NCBI GenBank assembly: GCA_964019425.1
Contig: OZ025786.1
Location: forward strand, 1,240,001 to 1,304,000
Source: Flectonema sp. DT1601
Lineage: Eukaryota
Direction of reading: 5' to 3'
DNA length: 64,000 bases
Numbering within the stretch: position 1 is the stretch's first letter; every line of letters begins with the position of its first letter. The notes under the pieces are model-generated. The model was not told the origin of the DNA. It ran no database searches and saw nothing but the letters and a program-made list of their open reading frames with translations. Positions 48,067 to 57,875 of this stretch are shown here, one piece after another. A program made the position numbers and the translations under genes.

Positions 48067-49171
48067 TCACTGCTTCATCGCAGAGGCGTATTCTACAGAA
48101 GAGGAGGCAAGTTCACTGCACGCGGTCCAGCCGTCGTGGAGGGATGAGAGAGTTTTTTGCCAATCTTCAACAGATCTATCGCTGAATGTTCCAGAGAATG
48201 GAATGTAGGATGTTTCTTCATCACACCAAAGTTCCATAGTGAGGATAACTTGAAGTGTGGATGGTAATCTAAATAGAACACAATTATTCATTCCTTCTGA
48301 TCGAAGGTGCGATATCATCTTTTTGGGAATTTCAGATTGCAGTTTTGTAAACTGTTTTACCGCATCTTCCGACTTAAGTGTTGCTACAAAACATTTATTC
48401 TTACTACCGCGACCAGAACTTCCCATAGGTGATACTGGATTACTATATGTCACACGTGGTGCTTTCATAATTGATGGAAGTAGTTCGAGGAGCTTTGCTT
48501 TCCAAGGCTCGACAACAAGTTCGAGTCCGACACCATCATCGGCTTCACCTCTTTCGATGATGCGAGTTCCACCCAGTTCATGCAATCGGGTATCTAAATT
48601 GCGACCAAATCCACAAAAACTAGAGTAGTTCTGATCACCCAAACATAAAACACCGAACTTGATCCCGTCCATGATCTGAGAGTCTTCTTTTGCAATATAT
48701 CTCCAAGCTTTTCTTCCATTGTCTGGGGGTTGACCATCACCACTTGTCGCTGCTACGAATATCAAAACACTAAAGGCATTCATTCCTTTTGAATATATCG
48801 CATCCAGTGACAGACATTTACTCTTTTCTGGATCACAAAGTCCCGTCTCACAAACCGCTTGAAAAACATCCTTACAGATTGCCTGGTTTTTGTTTATTAT
48901 ATAAGTTTGATTTTTTTCTCATTATAATAGTAAAAAAGAATTGGCTTTATCTTCAACTATACAGAAAAATAATGATATAACAACTGTTATTTTCTGTTTG
49001 TGCACGAAACCGTGAACCGACTTAAACTGATAAAGCTAAAGGAGGTTTACGTGTGCTGCCCAACATTCTTTTTCGTTCTTACAATACTTGTTAAATGCAA
49101 AAAAGAAAAACACGCACCTCAGCGTTCCCAGTTTGGGAAGCATACACGAATCCTATACATGGTAGGCTCAT
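48067..49171 (-). CDS. Flavodoxin-like FMN-binding domain fused to an L-rhamnose-mutarotase-like domain; intron 48883-49117
   Basis: Exon 1 MSLPCIGFVYASQTGNAE splices in frame to AICKDVF..ATSGDGQPPDNG..FGVLCLGDQNYSSFCGFGRNLD..GEADD. Confidence 0.8.
49004..49098. repeat. ~95-bp dispersed repeat, copy 2 (inside intron of the flavodoxin gene)
   Basis: Near-identical to 7692-7786. Confidence 0.9.
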
Positions 49172-49328
49172 GGTTTTAATTATAATTACTGAAGTGTAAA
49201 ATATTAGTTTTTAAAAAAAATATATTAAATCAGTTTTAAGAGAAACAGAGAACACCGAAGCTTTTTTTTTTTTTTTTTTTAGATTCGTGAGTTAGATTCT
49301 GGTTGCAAGTTATAAATAAGACACATCC

Positions 49329-49829
49329 TTACTGAAGATAGTTTACGGCTATTTTTGTTACGATGGCGGCTTCAATGGTTCCAACAGTTATTTCTTGTTG
49401 TGATAATTTATAAGTTTTTTTAATGTTTTCAATATCGAGTATCCCCGATAGCTGTTCCTGAGTAGATAGTAATTCCAACGAACTTCCTGACACGAGTTCC
49501 TTGACGTACGGAAGAAGTTTGTTCGTCTTATCATCGTGGAGGCAGAATATTAAATTTTTTGAATTTTCTTTAGGTCCGAACTTGGTATATGCCTGAGCGA
49601 TATTTTTTGCTGGTGAAAGTGCGAATACTATCTCGCTGTTGATGTGTTTCGTGGTCATTTTTTCATTTCGTTGTTGGGTTGAGGCGATTTCACCTGCACT
49701 CTGCAGTAGAAATAACGAATATACCATCGATGCATCAACAACACCACATGCAACCTCTCCTTTTTTTAATTTTAGCATTATATCTTTGGTATTGGTCACC
49801 CCACGAGCTAACACGAAACTGAACGACAT
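49329..49829 (-). CDS. CGI121: KEOPS/EKC complex subunit Cgi121/TPRKB
   Basis: VDASMVYSLF, MTTKHINSEIVFALSPAKNIAQAYTKFG, IKKTYKL and AIVTKIA. Confidence 0.9.
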   Translation of the reverse strand: MSFSFVLARGVTNTKDIMLKLKKGEVACGVVDASMVYSLFLLQSAGEIASTQQRNEKMTTKHINSEIVFALSPAKNIAQAYTKFGPKENSKNLIFCLHDDKTNKLLPYVKELVSGSSLELLSTQEQLSGILDIENIKKTYKLSQQEITVGTIEAAIVTKIAVNYLQ

Positions 49830-50123
49830 TATTATTATTATTATTATTATTGCTGTCTAGAAAACAGAGACGAAAATAACCATCTGTATTCATTTATTTA
49901 ATTATTTACGAAGCCTAGGAAGTCAAAATTCAAGCTAGTCTCAACAGGGAAACATATCCATTCACGACAAGAGAACCTTAAGCTTATGACTATCTAGACC
50001 CACTGCCTACACAAGCAGACAGTGCGGCTAACACTAATTTTCCTCAAAGAGAAGGAGAAGCACATCATTAAATCAGAAAATATTTTATTTAAAATATTTG
50101 GAAGGAGAATAAGAAACAAGAGA

Positions 50124-51275
50124 ATGATAAGAAAAGAGAAATGACACTAATAAAATAAAACAAGACGAGTACACTAAACGAAAGAATCATTAATATCCAC
50201 CCAGAGGGGAATATCATTGCAGGAGGTCACTTAATAGTAAACAGAATCACAACATTAGCTGTCTTTGTTGGATGAAAACAAAATCCAAAATGTTCAAGTC
50301 AACGGAGGCGAACTTGTTTACACCAAACAAAGAGAACCGAGTGAAGGATTTCAAAAACACACTAACATGAGAAGGCTGAGTTATTTTTTTTTGTTTTTTA
50401 TTATTCACTCAGATGGATAGATTCATCTCATGCGTTAAGTAAGTTTTTCTGACACCTTAAATCTTAGGAAGTAATAAACTTGTCTGGGTAGGTAGAAACG
50501 GGGTGAGATAAAAAAAAGAAACAAGAAAAATAACGCGACAAAAATACGCTAGTTAGCGTAGAGCGGGGATTTGATACGGTACGAAATGTAGCACGGAGGG
50601 ACTTGGATAAAATAAATCAAGGGGGGTTAACACGCAACAAATTAGACATGAATCATTATAACTGGATTCTGTCCACACAAAATCGCATGCTTTAAATAAA
50701 CTACCAGAGAAAGAAATGCTGTCAAGTCAAATTGACCCGGGGACCACGCACTACAGGTTGAACATCCCATGCCCTGCAGGTCGTTACAGGGGGGGGATTT
50801 GATGATAAGAAAAGAGAAATGACACTAATAAAATAAAACAAGACGAGTACACTAAACGAAAGAATCATTAATATCCACTCAGAGGGGAATATCATTGCAG
50901 GAGGTCACTTAATAGTAAACAGAATCACAACATTAGCTGTCTTTGTTGGATGAAAACAAAATCCAAAATGTTCAAGTCAACGGAGGCGAACTTGTTTACA
51001 CCAAACAAAGAGAACCGAGTGAAGGATTTCAAAAACACACTAACATGAGAAGGCTGAGTTATTTTTTTGTTTTTATATTCACTCAGATGGATAGATTCAT
51101 CTCATGCGTTAAGTAAGTTTTTCTGACACCTTAAATCTTAGGAAGTAATAAACTTGTAGAAACGGGAGGTAACAAAAGAAAAAAAAAAATAACGCGACAA
51201 AAACTACGCTAGTTAGCGTAGAGGGGGGATTTGATGCGATACGAAACGTAGCACGGAGGGACTTGGATAAATAAA
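50124..51275. repeat. Non-coding direct duplication: 50124-50616 and 50802-51275
   Basis: The first ~355 bp are near-identical (atgataagaaaagagaaatgacac...gtaataaacttgt); the remainder is more diverged. Confidence 0.9.
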
Positions 51276-51403
51276 CCACTTTTGGTTAACACTCAGATAG
51301 ATACATTCATCTCATGCTAAAACCGGTTTAAGTTTTTCTCTCACGAAGGTCATTCACCACTACCACAGACAATCAAACAGGGTGATTGAATACTTCGTAC
51401 AAC

Positions 51404-51991
51404 TCACATCTCAGCAACAAATTCATACGTCATAGCGCTCTTTAAGTTAACTTCAAATCGTAGCTTTTTAGTAGTAGTGTGTTTGTATCCAATACTACGA
51501 TAGAATGATTCAGGAAATGGAAACGATCTGACACACCTCCAACCACAATCCTCAGCAATGCCGATTAAATCCCAGTAACAGTATGGCGGAGTTGTTTTTA
51601 GAGTCACGTGAATCCTTGTGGAGCTTGTTTTCGGTACAGCGCTAAAGAATCCTTTTAGTAGTTTTTTATTCGATTCTACCGAAAAAACACCTGTATGTGG
51701 GAAGTTAAGCACAACTATAAAAGTACCTACAACGGTTCTAAAACCGATGTAGGTACTTTTGTTTGTAAAATCACGTCCGTCGACCTTTATATCGCCGCCA
51801 TATATGCTGTAGCTTTTCAGGATTCTTCTTAATAACTTTGAGAAGGATAAGTCGCCGTCACCAACACAAAATATTGTATCCGATGGAAGGTATGGAAGTA
51901 CGACGGACATCTTCGGTTTAACACTTTTCTTGCCATTGGTTTCGATGTAATCAGGAAATTTAATCATCAAAGCTTCCATGTTAAAACTCAT
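51404..51991 (-). CDS. Stand-alone BMT5/DUF2431-like (rRNA m3U methyltransferase-like) domain protein, divergent variant
   Basis: VGDGDLSFS, DGRDFT, LNFPH, LLKGFF, IHVTLK..PY..W, F....Y...GY and TYEF. Confidence 0.8.
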   Translation of the reverse strand: MSFNMEALMIKFPDYIETNGKKSVKPKMSVVLPYLPSDTIFCVGDGDLSFSKLLRRILKSYSIYGGDIKVDGRDFTNKSTYIGFRTVVGTFIVVLNFPHTGVFSVESNKKLLKGFFSAVPKTSSTRIHVTLKTTPPYCYWDLIGIAEDCGWRCVRSFPFPESFYRSIGYKHTTTKKLRFEVNLKSAMTYEFVAEM

Positions 51992-52733
51992 TGTAATCTG
52001 AAGAGTGAGAAGGTTTAAAAATAATAAATATCACTTTTCTTTGATCCATATCACCAAGCCCGAGTAACTGTGAAAACAATCCGAGAGTTGCATTTTTCGA
52101 TCGCATGACCTGCGAGCGACGTGATGAATAATAACTTGAGAATACAAGATTAACACTCGAAGTGAATACCGTACCGTTAGTTGAAAGAAAAGGTTGTTTT
52201 TTTTTTAATTGTTAAAATCAATTAGCTTTTTGAGACATATTAATTGAAAATAACAGGACCAAGAGAGGAAGAAATTACAAATAAATAAAAATAAAATAAT
52301 TGATATGTCGAAACCGACTGAGAGCATCCTTGAAAGGACACAGAGAGAGAGAGGTCCTCCTTCGACCTCACGAGCGAACCCGGGGACCATGCACTACAGG
52401 TTGAGCAACCCATGCCCTGCAGGTCGTTACAGCTTGAAAACATTAATGGATTAACGGGAAATTTAATAAAATTGTCTGGGTAGGTAGAAACGGGGGGTGA
52501 GATAAAAAAAGAAAAGGAAGAATAACACGACAAAAACACGCTAGTTCGTAGCGTGGAAGGGGGAAATTTGATACGATACGAAAAGATTTATCTGAGAAGG
52601 GGGAACTTTGATACGATACGAAAGGGGGAGGGGAAAACAGCGGATCCAAAGTTGGATTGCTGAATGAATCACACGAAGGTCATTCACCACTACCACAGAC
52701 AATCAAACAGGGTGATTGAATACTTCGTACAAC

Positions 52734-53291
52734 TCACATCTCAGCAACAAATTCATACGTCATAGCGCTCTCTAAGTTAACTCCAAATCGTAGCTTTTTA
52801 GTAGTAGTGTGTTTGTATCCAATACTACGATAGAATGATTCAGGAAATGGAAACGATCTGACCCACTTCCAACCACAATCTTTAGCAATGCCGATTAAAT
52901 CCCAGTAACAGTATGGCGGAGTTGTTTTTAGAGTCACGTGAATCCTTGTGAAGCTTGTTTTAGGAACAGCGCTAAAGAATCCTTCTAGAAGGTCCTCATT
53001 CGAATCTATCGATAAATCTTCTTCTTCAAGTGTACCTGTTTGTCTAACACCCGTATGTGGGAAGTTAAACACAATGTAATCATAATCACTGGTGTAGATA
53101 CTACTGTCTGTGGCATCGCATCCGTCGGACTTTATATCGCAGGCAGTTATGTTGTCACTCTTCAGATGTTTTCTTAATGAGTTTGAGAAGGAGAAGTCGC
53201 CGTCACCGACACAAAATATTTTATCCGATGGAAGGTATGGAATATCACTGGATAGGATGCAATCACGAAGTAATATAGTCAAAGCTTCCAT
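52734..53291 (-). CDS. Stand-alone BMT5/DUF2431-like domain protein, near-identical to the C-terminus of the giant ORF
   Basis: VGDGDFSFS, GCDAT, YDYIVFNFPHTG, NEDLLEGFF and IHVTLK. 52747-53239 matches 57883-58375. Confidence 0.82.
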   Translation of the reverse strand: MEALTILLRDCILSSDIPYLPSDKIFCVGDGDFSFSNSLRKHLKSDNITACDIKSDGCDATDSSIYTSDYDYIVFNFPHTGVRQTGTLEEEDLSIDSNEDLLEGFFSAVPKTSFTRIHVTLKTTPPYCYWDLIGIAKDCGWKWVRSFPFPESFYRSIGYKHTTTKKLRFGVNLESAMTYEFVAEM

Positions 53292-54556
53292 GCTATTGCA
53301 ACCTGAAGAGTGAGAAGGTTTAAAAATAATAAATATCACTTTTCTTTTTGATCCATATCACCAAGCCCGAGTAACTGTGAAAACAATCCGAGAGTTGCAT
53401 TTTTCGATCGCATGACCTGCGAGCGACGTGATGAATAATAACTTGAGAATACAAGATTAACACTCGAAATGAATACCGTACCGTTAGTTGACAGAAAAGG
53501 TTGTTTTTTTTTTTTTTTTAAATTGTTAAAATCAATTAGCTTTTTTGAGACATATTAATTGAAAATAACAGGACCAAGAGAGGAAGAAATTACAAATAAA
53601 TAAAAATAAAATAATTGATACGTCGAAACCGACTGAGAGCATCCTTGAAAGGACACAGAGAGAGAGAGAGAGGTCCTCCTTCGAGGATGCTTTTTTTTGT
53701 TTTTTTTTTCATTTCACGTGTCCACATCCGTAATTTTTTTCTAGGTGCTACTTTGAAAATCTTTTTTTTTTCTTTTTTTTTTTTTTTTTGGACAAACCCT
53801 TAATTACACGCAAAATATTACTGAAAATTGTCGGATTTCAATGTAAAAATTTTCCGAAATGGACAGCAACAAAAAATAAAAAATAAAATAAAATAAAATC
53901 CAGCACTTCTCAAGTACAAGTTGCTACATCACAACACACCCCTCCTGCCAAGAGGACACTAAGCGTAAATTTGTTGGTGACATAAGTTGAGGCTGAATGA
54001 AGAATGTACCCCATTTCCTTTTCTTTCTTTCTTTTTTTTCTTTTTTTTTTCTTTCGGATTAATTAGCCTTAAAGATTCGCTAATACAGAGAGTAGGTAGA
54101 AAATAAAATATTTTTATTTATTTACGAAGCCTAGGAAGCCAAAAGCCAGGAAAAGTTCACAGGGTAACAGTTATATCGCTACCAGCAACCGTGAGACTTT
54201 CACAGTCGATTAGAGACGTAGAATAACCTGAAACAAATAAAAATAAAATAAAATAAAATAAAATAAAATAATTGATACGTCGAAACCGACTGAGGGTATC
54301 CTTGAAAGGACAGAGACACGTCCTCCTTCGAGGATACGTTATTTTTTTTTTCACACTAAAAAAAATAATAAAAAAAAATTAAAAAAATGATCTAAAAAGG
54401 AATTAACCTCGTCGTGTACATTGCTTAAAAGCATAGCAGGAAAGTGATGGTTTTTTTGTTTTTTTGTTTTGTTTTTGCTTGTCACAAAAAACATTTTATA
54501 AAAGATAAAATAAAATAGAGGGCAATGGCCCAAAATACCCCACTTTTTTTGCAAAT

Positions 54557-54696
54557 GGCCCAAAATACCCCAAAGTGGCCCAAAATACCCCAAAATGGCC
54601 CAAAATACCCCAAAGTGGCCCAAAATACCCCAAAGTGGCCCAAAATACTCCAAAGTGGCCCAAAATACCCCAAAGTGGCCCAAAATACCCCAAAAT
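54557..54696 (+). repeat. Left subterminal array, 7 x 20 bp (GGCCCAAAATACCCCAAAGT)
   Basis: Counted directly from the sequence. Confidence 0.95.
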
Positions 54697-54808
54697 ACAC
54701 CGAACCTCGGGCTTTGAACTTGTAAGTCAATTTGTGTACAGGAAGGCTCCCACAGGTTCAATTTATTCGGATTTATAACAACTTTCTCCTCAGCTAGTTC
54801 CTCAAAAA

Positions 54809-56752
54809 ATGTCATCAGCAACCGAGAATTTTGACCTGTCTAATTCAGAATACAGCGATTCTAATTCAGAATACAGTGATTCTAATTCAGAATGCAGCGA
54901 TTCTGAATCGGCTAACTCCTCCTACTTCTCTCACTCCCACTCCTCCCAGTCTTCCTCGCTGCCTGAGGGTATTCAAGAGTGGCAGGATGAGGTTTTCAGC
55001 AGCAAGCGAGGGTGGGAAACGGCAGTGCGCCATTGTGAGACCCAGCGGGGTAAGGGGTTAAGAGCGAAGCAGAGCGACAGAACCCGCGCGCAGCTGATAT
55101 GCGCTGACAAGAAGTGCAAGTTTTCTGCACATGCACGGGCGGGGAGGGACGGGTGGACAACTACCTCGTCCAACCCGCATCATAATTGCGGAAAAAGCCA
55201 GGCCAGCATTTCCTCGAAGTGCTTGGCAGAAATCTTGCGGTCAGTAGCCGTAAGCTTCACTGTGAAGTCGGTGACAAAGCTGGCAAAAAAGGTGTGTGGC
55301 GTAAGGGTAGGAAGAAAGGTGGCACGAAATACTTTGAACCACCTGCTGGGTTCCATGAAGCCAGAGGTAGCAATCACAAAGATTGCTGCCTGGATGAGGG
55401 CTGTGGAGGACGCGGACTGTGAAAGCCGCACCATGTTGAGAGTCGACGAAGACGGTCGATTCAATAAGGCGGCGTGGTCCTTCGGACACTCTCGCAGAGG
55501 AGCGAAATTTCTTCGCTCCGTGTTCGCCTTCGACGCGACACACCTGTCAGGAAAGTACAAGGGTGTTTTGTACGTCTCCGTTGGCGTTGATGCCAACAGC
55601 CACTTGTTTCCACTGATATTTATGATATCGGAGGGAAATGAAAACAAGGACGGGTGGTCCACTTTTGTGAAGCTGCACAAAGATTGGATTGGAAACTCAG
55701 TGTTTCGTACAGGTGTCGTTAGTATTTCTGACAAGTTCAAGGGCGTGTCAAATGTGTTTTCACGACTGGCAACGACACACTGTCTTTGCACTGCCCACAT
55801 GGGCAGAAACGTATTAAAGCTGCACGGCAAGGCAGCATTCTTGGTGTACAAGCAATTAGTACATGCAAGATCCACTGCTAAAGCCAAAGAGTTGCTTAAA
55901 GAGCTTAAGAAAATCTCCAAGCGTGCAGCTGACTATGTGTCTGCACAAGAACTAGGTACCTTTTGCCAAGCCCACATTCCCCACCCCCGCTGCGGTCACA
56001 CAACGAGCAATATAGCCGAGTCTCTGAACGCGGTCCTAGTCCCCCTTCGGGGTTTAAACTATATTGACCTGATGGAGGGAACTCGCAGACACGCTCTGCA
56101 CAAAGCAGTGACGAGAATGGAGGAGTTTGCTGCAGAGGTAGAAGGTTGTAGCAAGCTGCGATCCCTTGCCCCTGTCAAGCGGGTAAGCAGCAGCTTGAAG
56201 GCGAACTACGCTACGGCACGGAAGGACCACATGGCGACTAGGGTAAGGGAGGGGGTGTATGAGGTGGAGGATGGGGAGTGGAGATGGACTGCAGATCTCA
56301 ACGAATTGAGCTGCACATGCAGCACTTTCCAAGAGTACGGTGTTCCGTGCTCACATGCTATGTCCGCCATTGAGCAGTTTAGTGATCGGGAGCCGTTGGA
56401 TGCGGCCTACAGTTTCGTAAATCAGAAATTGTGGGCAAAAACAGCAGCAAAGGTGTACACCTATCCTGTCCCAACCTTGGGGCTCGGACTTCCTGAGCTG
56501 GAAGCGGATGAAACAAAACCTCCTCTAGTAAAGAGATCCATAGGTCGCTCAAGGGTAAAACGGCTGCGAGTTTATGGTGAACGCGAAATAACTAAGTCTC
56601 ACCGTGAAACGGCGAAAGAGGCAGAAAAGAATAAAAAGAAAACGAAGAGAGAGAAAGAAAAGAAGAAAAAGAAGAGAAAGAAGAAGAAAGAAAACGAGAA
56701 AAAAAAGCGCAAGGGTGCTGACAAGGCAAGGAAGAGACAGAAGAAAGAATAA
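54809..56752 (+). CDS. MULE/MuDR transposase with SWIM zinc finger
   Basis: N-terminal C-x4-C..H-x-C DNA-binding motif, DDE-type catalytic region (AFDATH, SISDKFKG, CTAH, SNIAES), SWIM CTC-x9-CSH and K-rich C-terminus. The ORF is uninterrupted. Confidence 0.93.
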   Translation: MSSATENFDLSNSEYSDSNSEYSDSNSECSDSESANSSYFSHSHSSQSSSLPEGIQEWQDEVFSSKRGWETAVRHCETQRGKGLRAKQSDRTRAQLICADKKCKFSAHARAGRDGWTTTSSNPHHNCGKSQASISSKCLAEILRSVAVSFTVKSVTKLAKKVCGVRVGRKVARNTLNHLLGSMKPEVAITKIAAWMRAVEDADCESRTMLRVDEDGRFNKAAWSFGHSRRGAKFLRSVFAFDATHLSGKYKGVLYVSVGVDANSHLFPLIFMISEGNENKDGWSTFVKLHKDWIGNSVFRTGVVSISDKFKGVSNVFSRLATTHCLCTAHMGRNVLKLHGKAAFLVYKQLVHARSTAKAKELLKELKKISKRAADYVSAQELGTFCQAHIPHPRCGHTTSNIAESLNAVLVPLRGLNYIDLMEGTRRHALHKAVTRMEEFAAEVEGCSKLRSLAPVKRVSSSLKANYATARKDHMATRVREGVYEVEDGEWRWTADLNELSCTCSTFQEYGVPCSHAMSAIEQFSDREPLDAAYSFVNQKLWAKTAAKVYTYPVPTLGLGLPELEADETKPPLVKRSIGRSRVKRLRVYGEREITKSHRETAKEAEKNKKKTKREKEKKKKKRKKKKENEKKKRKGADKARKRQKKE

Positions 56753-57503
56753 GAAAAAACATGAATACTTATCACTTTTTTATTTAGTTTTGTGTAACCA
56801 CAATGAATCAACCCTTTTAAGAAAATTTGGATCACAATTATCACTCTTGTTATTTTAAATTACAACAAATCTTATGCTTAGCCCTTCCCTTTCAACAGGA
56901 CGATGATAAATCATCGAGAAGCTCTGGCTGGCTGAGTGTGTCCGAGGTGAGTAACGACATGTGAAAAAAGTTGGAGGAATTGCTTGTTTGTTGGGTTATG
57001 TTTGTAGCAGCTTCACGGTGACGGCGGCCTTACTGAGAATTATCCCTGGTTGTTATGTGTTGAAAGCTACAGGTTATGGCGTCAAAATAACACTCGCGTG
57101 GGTGGTTGCTCTCTTCGGAAAGCATAACTTCAGACCCGTCAATTCGCGGCGCTTATATCTGCACACATTAATTAGTTGAACGAGTTCAAGTCACTTCCCT
57201 GCATAGCAGATCCGTGTCCTCTGTACTAACGCTATACTAAGTGTGACTGTGGCTGATGCACGTAATGATTGGGTTCTTTAAGTACTCAGGACTGGTTGCT
57301 TGCTAATGTGAATGCTGACGTTCGAACTGCCTCGACTTTCGAGTAATTTTCTTGGCTTGTGTACAATCCCGACTGAAGTGAGTGAGATGAAGAAAATTGG
57401 AGAATTGCTTGTTTCTTGGGTTATGTTTGTTCACGGTGACGGCGGCCTTACTGAGAATTATCCCTGGCTAAGTGTGACAGTAAATTTGGCCAGGTTTTGG
57501 ACC

Positions 57504-57743
57504 ACTTCGGGGTATTTTGGGCCATTTTGGGGTATTTTGGGCCACTTTGGGGTATTTTGGGCCACTTTGGGGTATTTTGGGCCACTTTGGGGTATTTTGG
57601 GCCACTTTGGGGTATTTTGGGCCACTTTGGGGTATTTTGGGCCACTTTGGGGTATTTTGGGCCACTTTGGGGTATTTTGGGCCACTTTGGGGTATTTTGG
57701 GCCACTTCGGGGTATTTTGGGCCACTTTGGGGTATTTTGGGCC
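57504..57743 (-). repeat. Right subterminal array, 12 x 20 bp, inverted relative to the left array
   Basis: ACTTTGGGGTATTTTGGGCC units counted directly. Confidence 0.95.
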
Positions 57744-57875
57744 ACCAGGTGGGGTATTTTGGGCCATAACCCTAAAATAGATAATAACACTACACTACTA
57801 AGAATCGATAAACTCGGATTAGACAAAACACTATGCGAAGTTAAGTTGAGTTGAGGTTACACTATTGAAGATAAA

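Larger units (their letters stand above)
51342..53683. repeat. Tandem segmental duplication (51342-52362 and 52672-53683), each copy carrying a BMT5-like gene
   Basis: 51342-~51655 matches 52672-~52985 and 51998-52362 matches 53303-53683 almost exactly. The block between them is diverged. Confidence 0.9.
54520..57772 (+). mobile_element. Autonomous Mutator-like (MULE) DNA transposon, 3253 bp, with 9-bp TSD and tandem-repeat TIRs
   Basis: TSD TAAAATAGA at 54511-54519 and 57773-57781. Termini read GGGCAATGGCCCAAAATACCCCAC and (reverse complement) GGGTTATGGCCCAAAATACCCCAC. Contains a transposase ORF. Confidence 0.95.

Noticed and set aside
57504..57743. Regular 20-bp repeats as a CRISPR array (also 54557-54696)
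   Set aside because: The units are head-to-tail with no unique spacers, no cas genes are present, and they form the inverted subterminal arrays of a MULE.
54351..57854. ORFs with WGILGHFGVF/PKYPKVAQN repeats
   Set aside because: They are translation artefacts of the stop-free 20-bp arrays.
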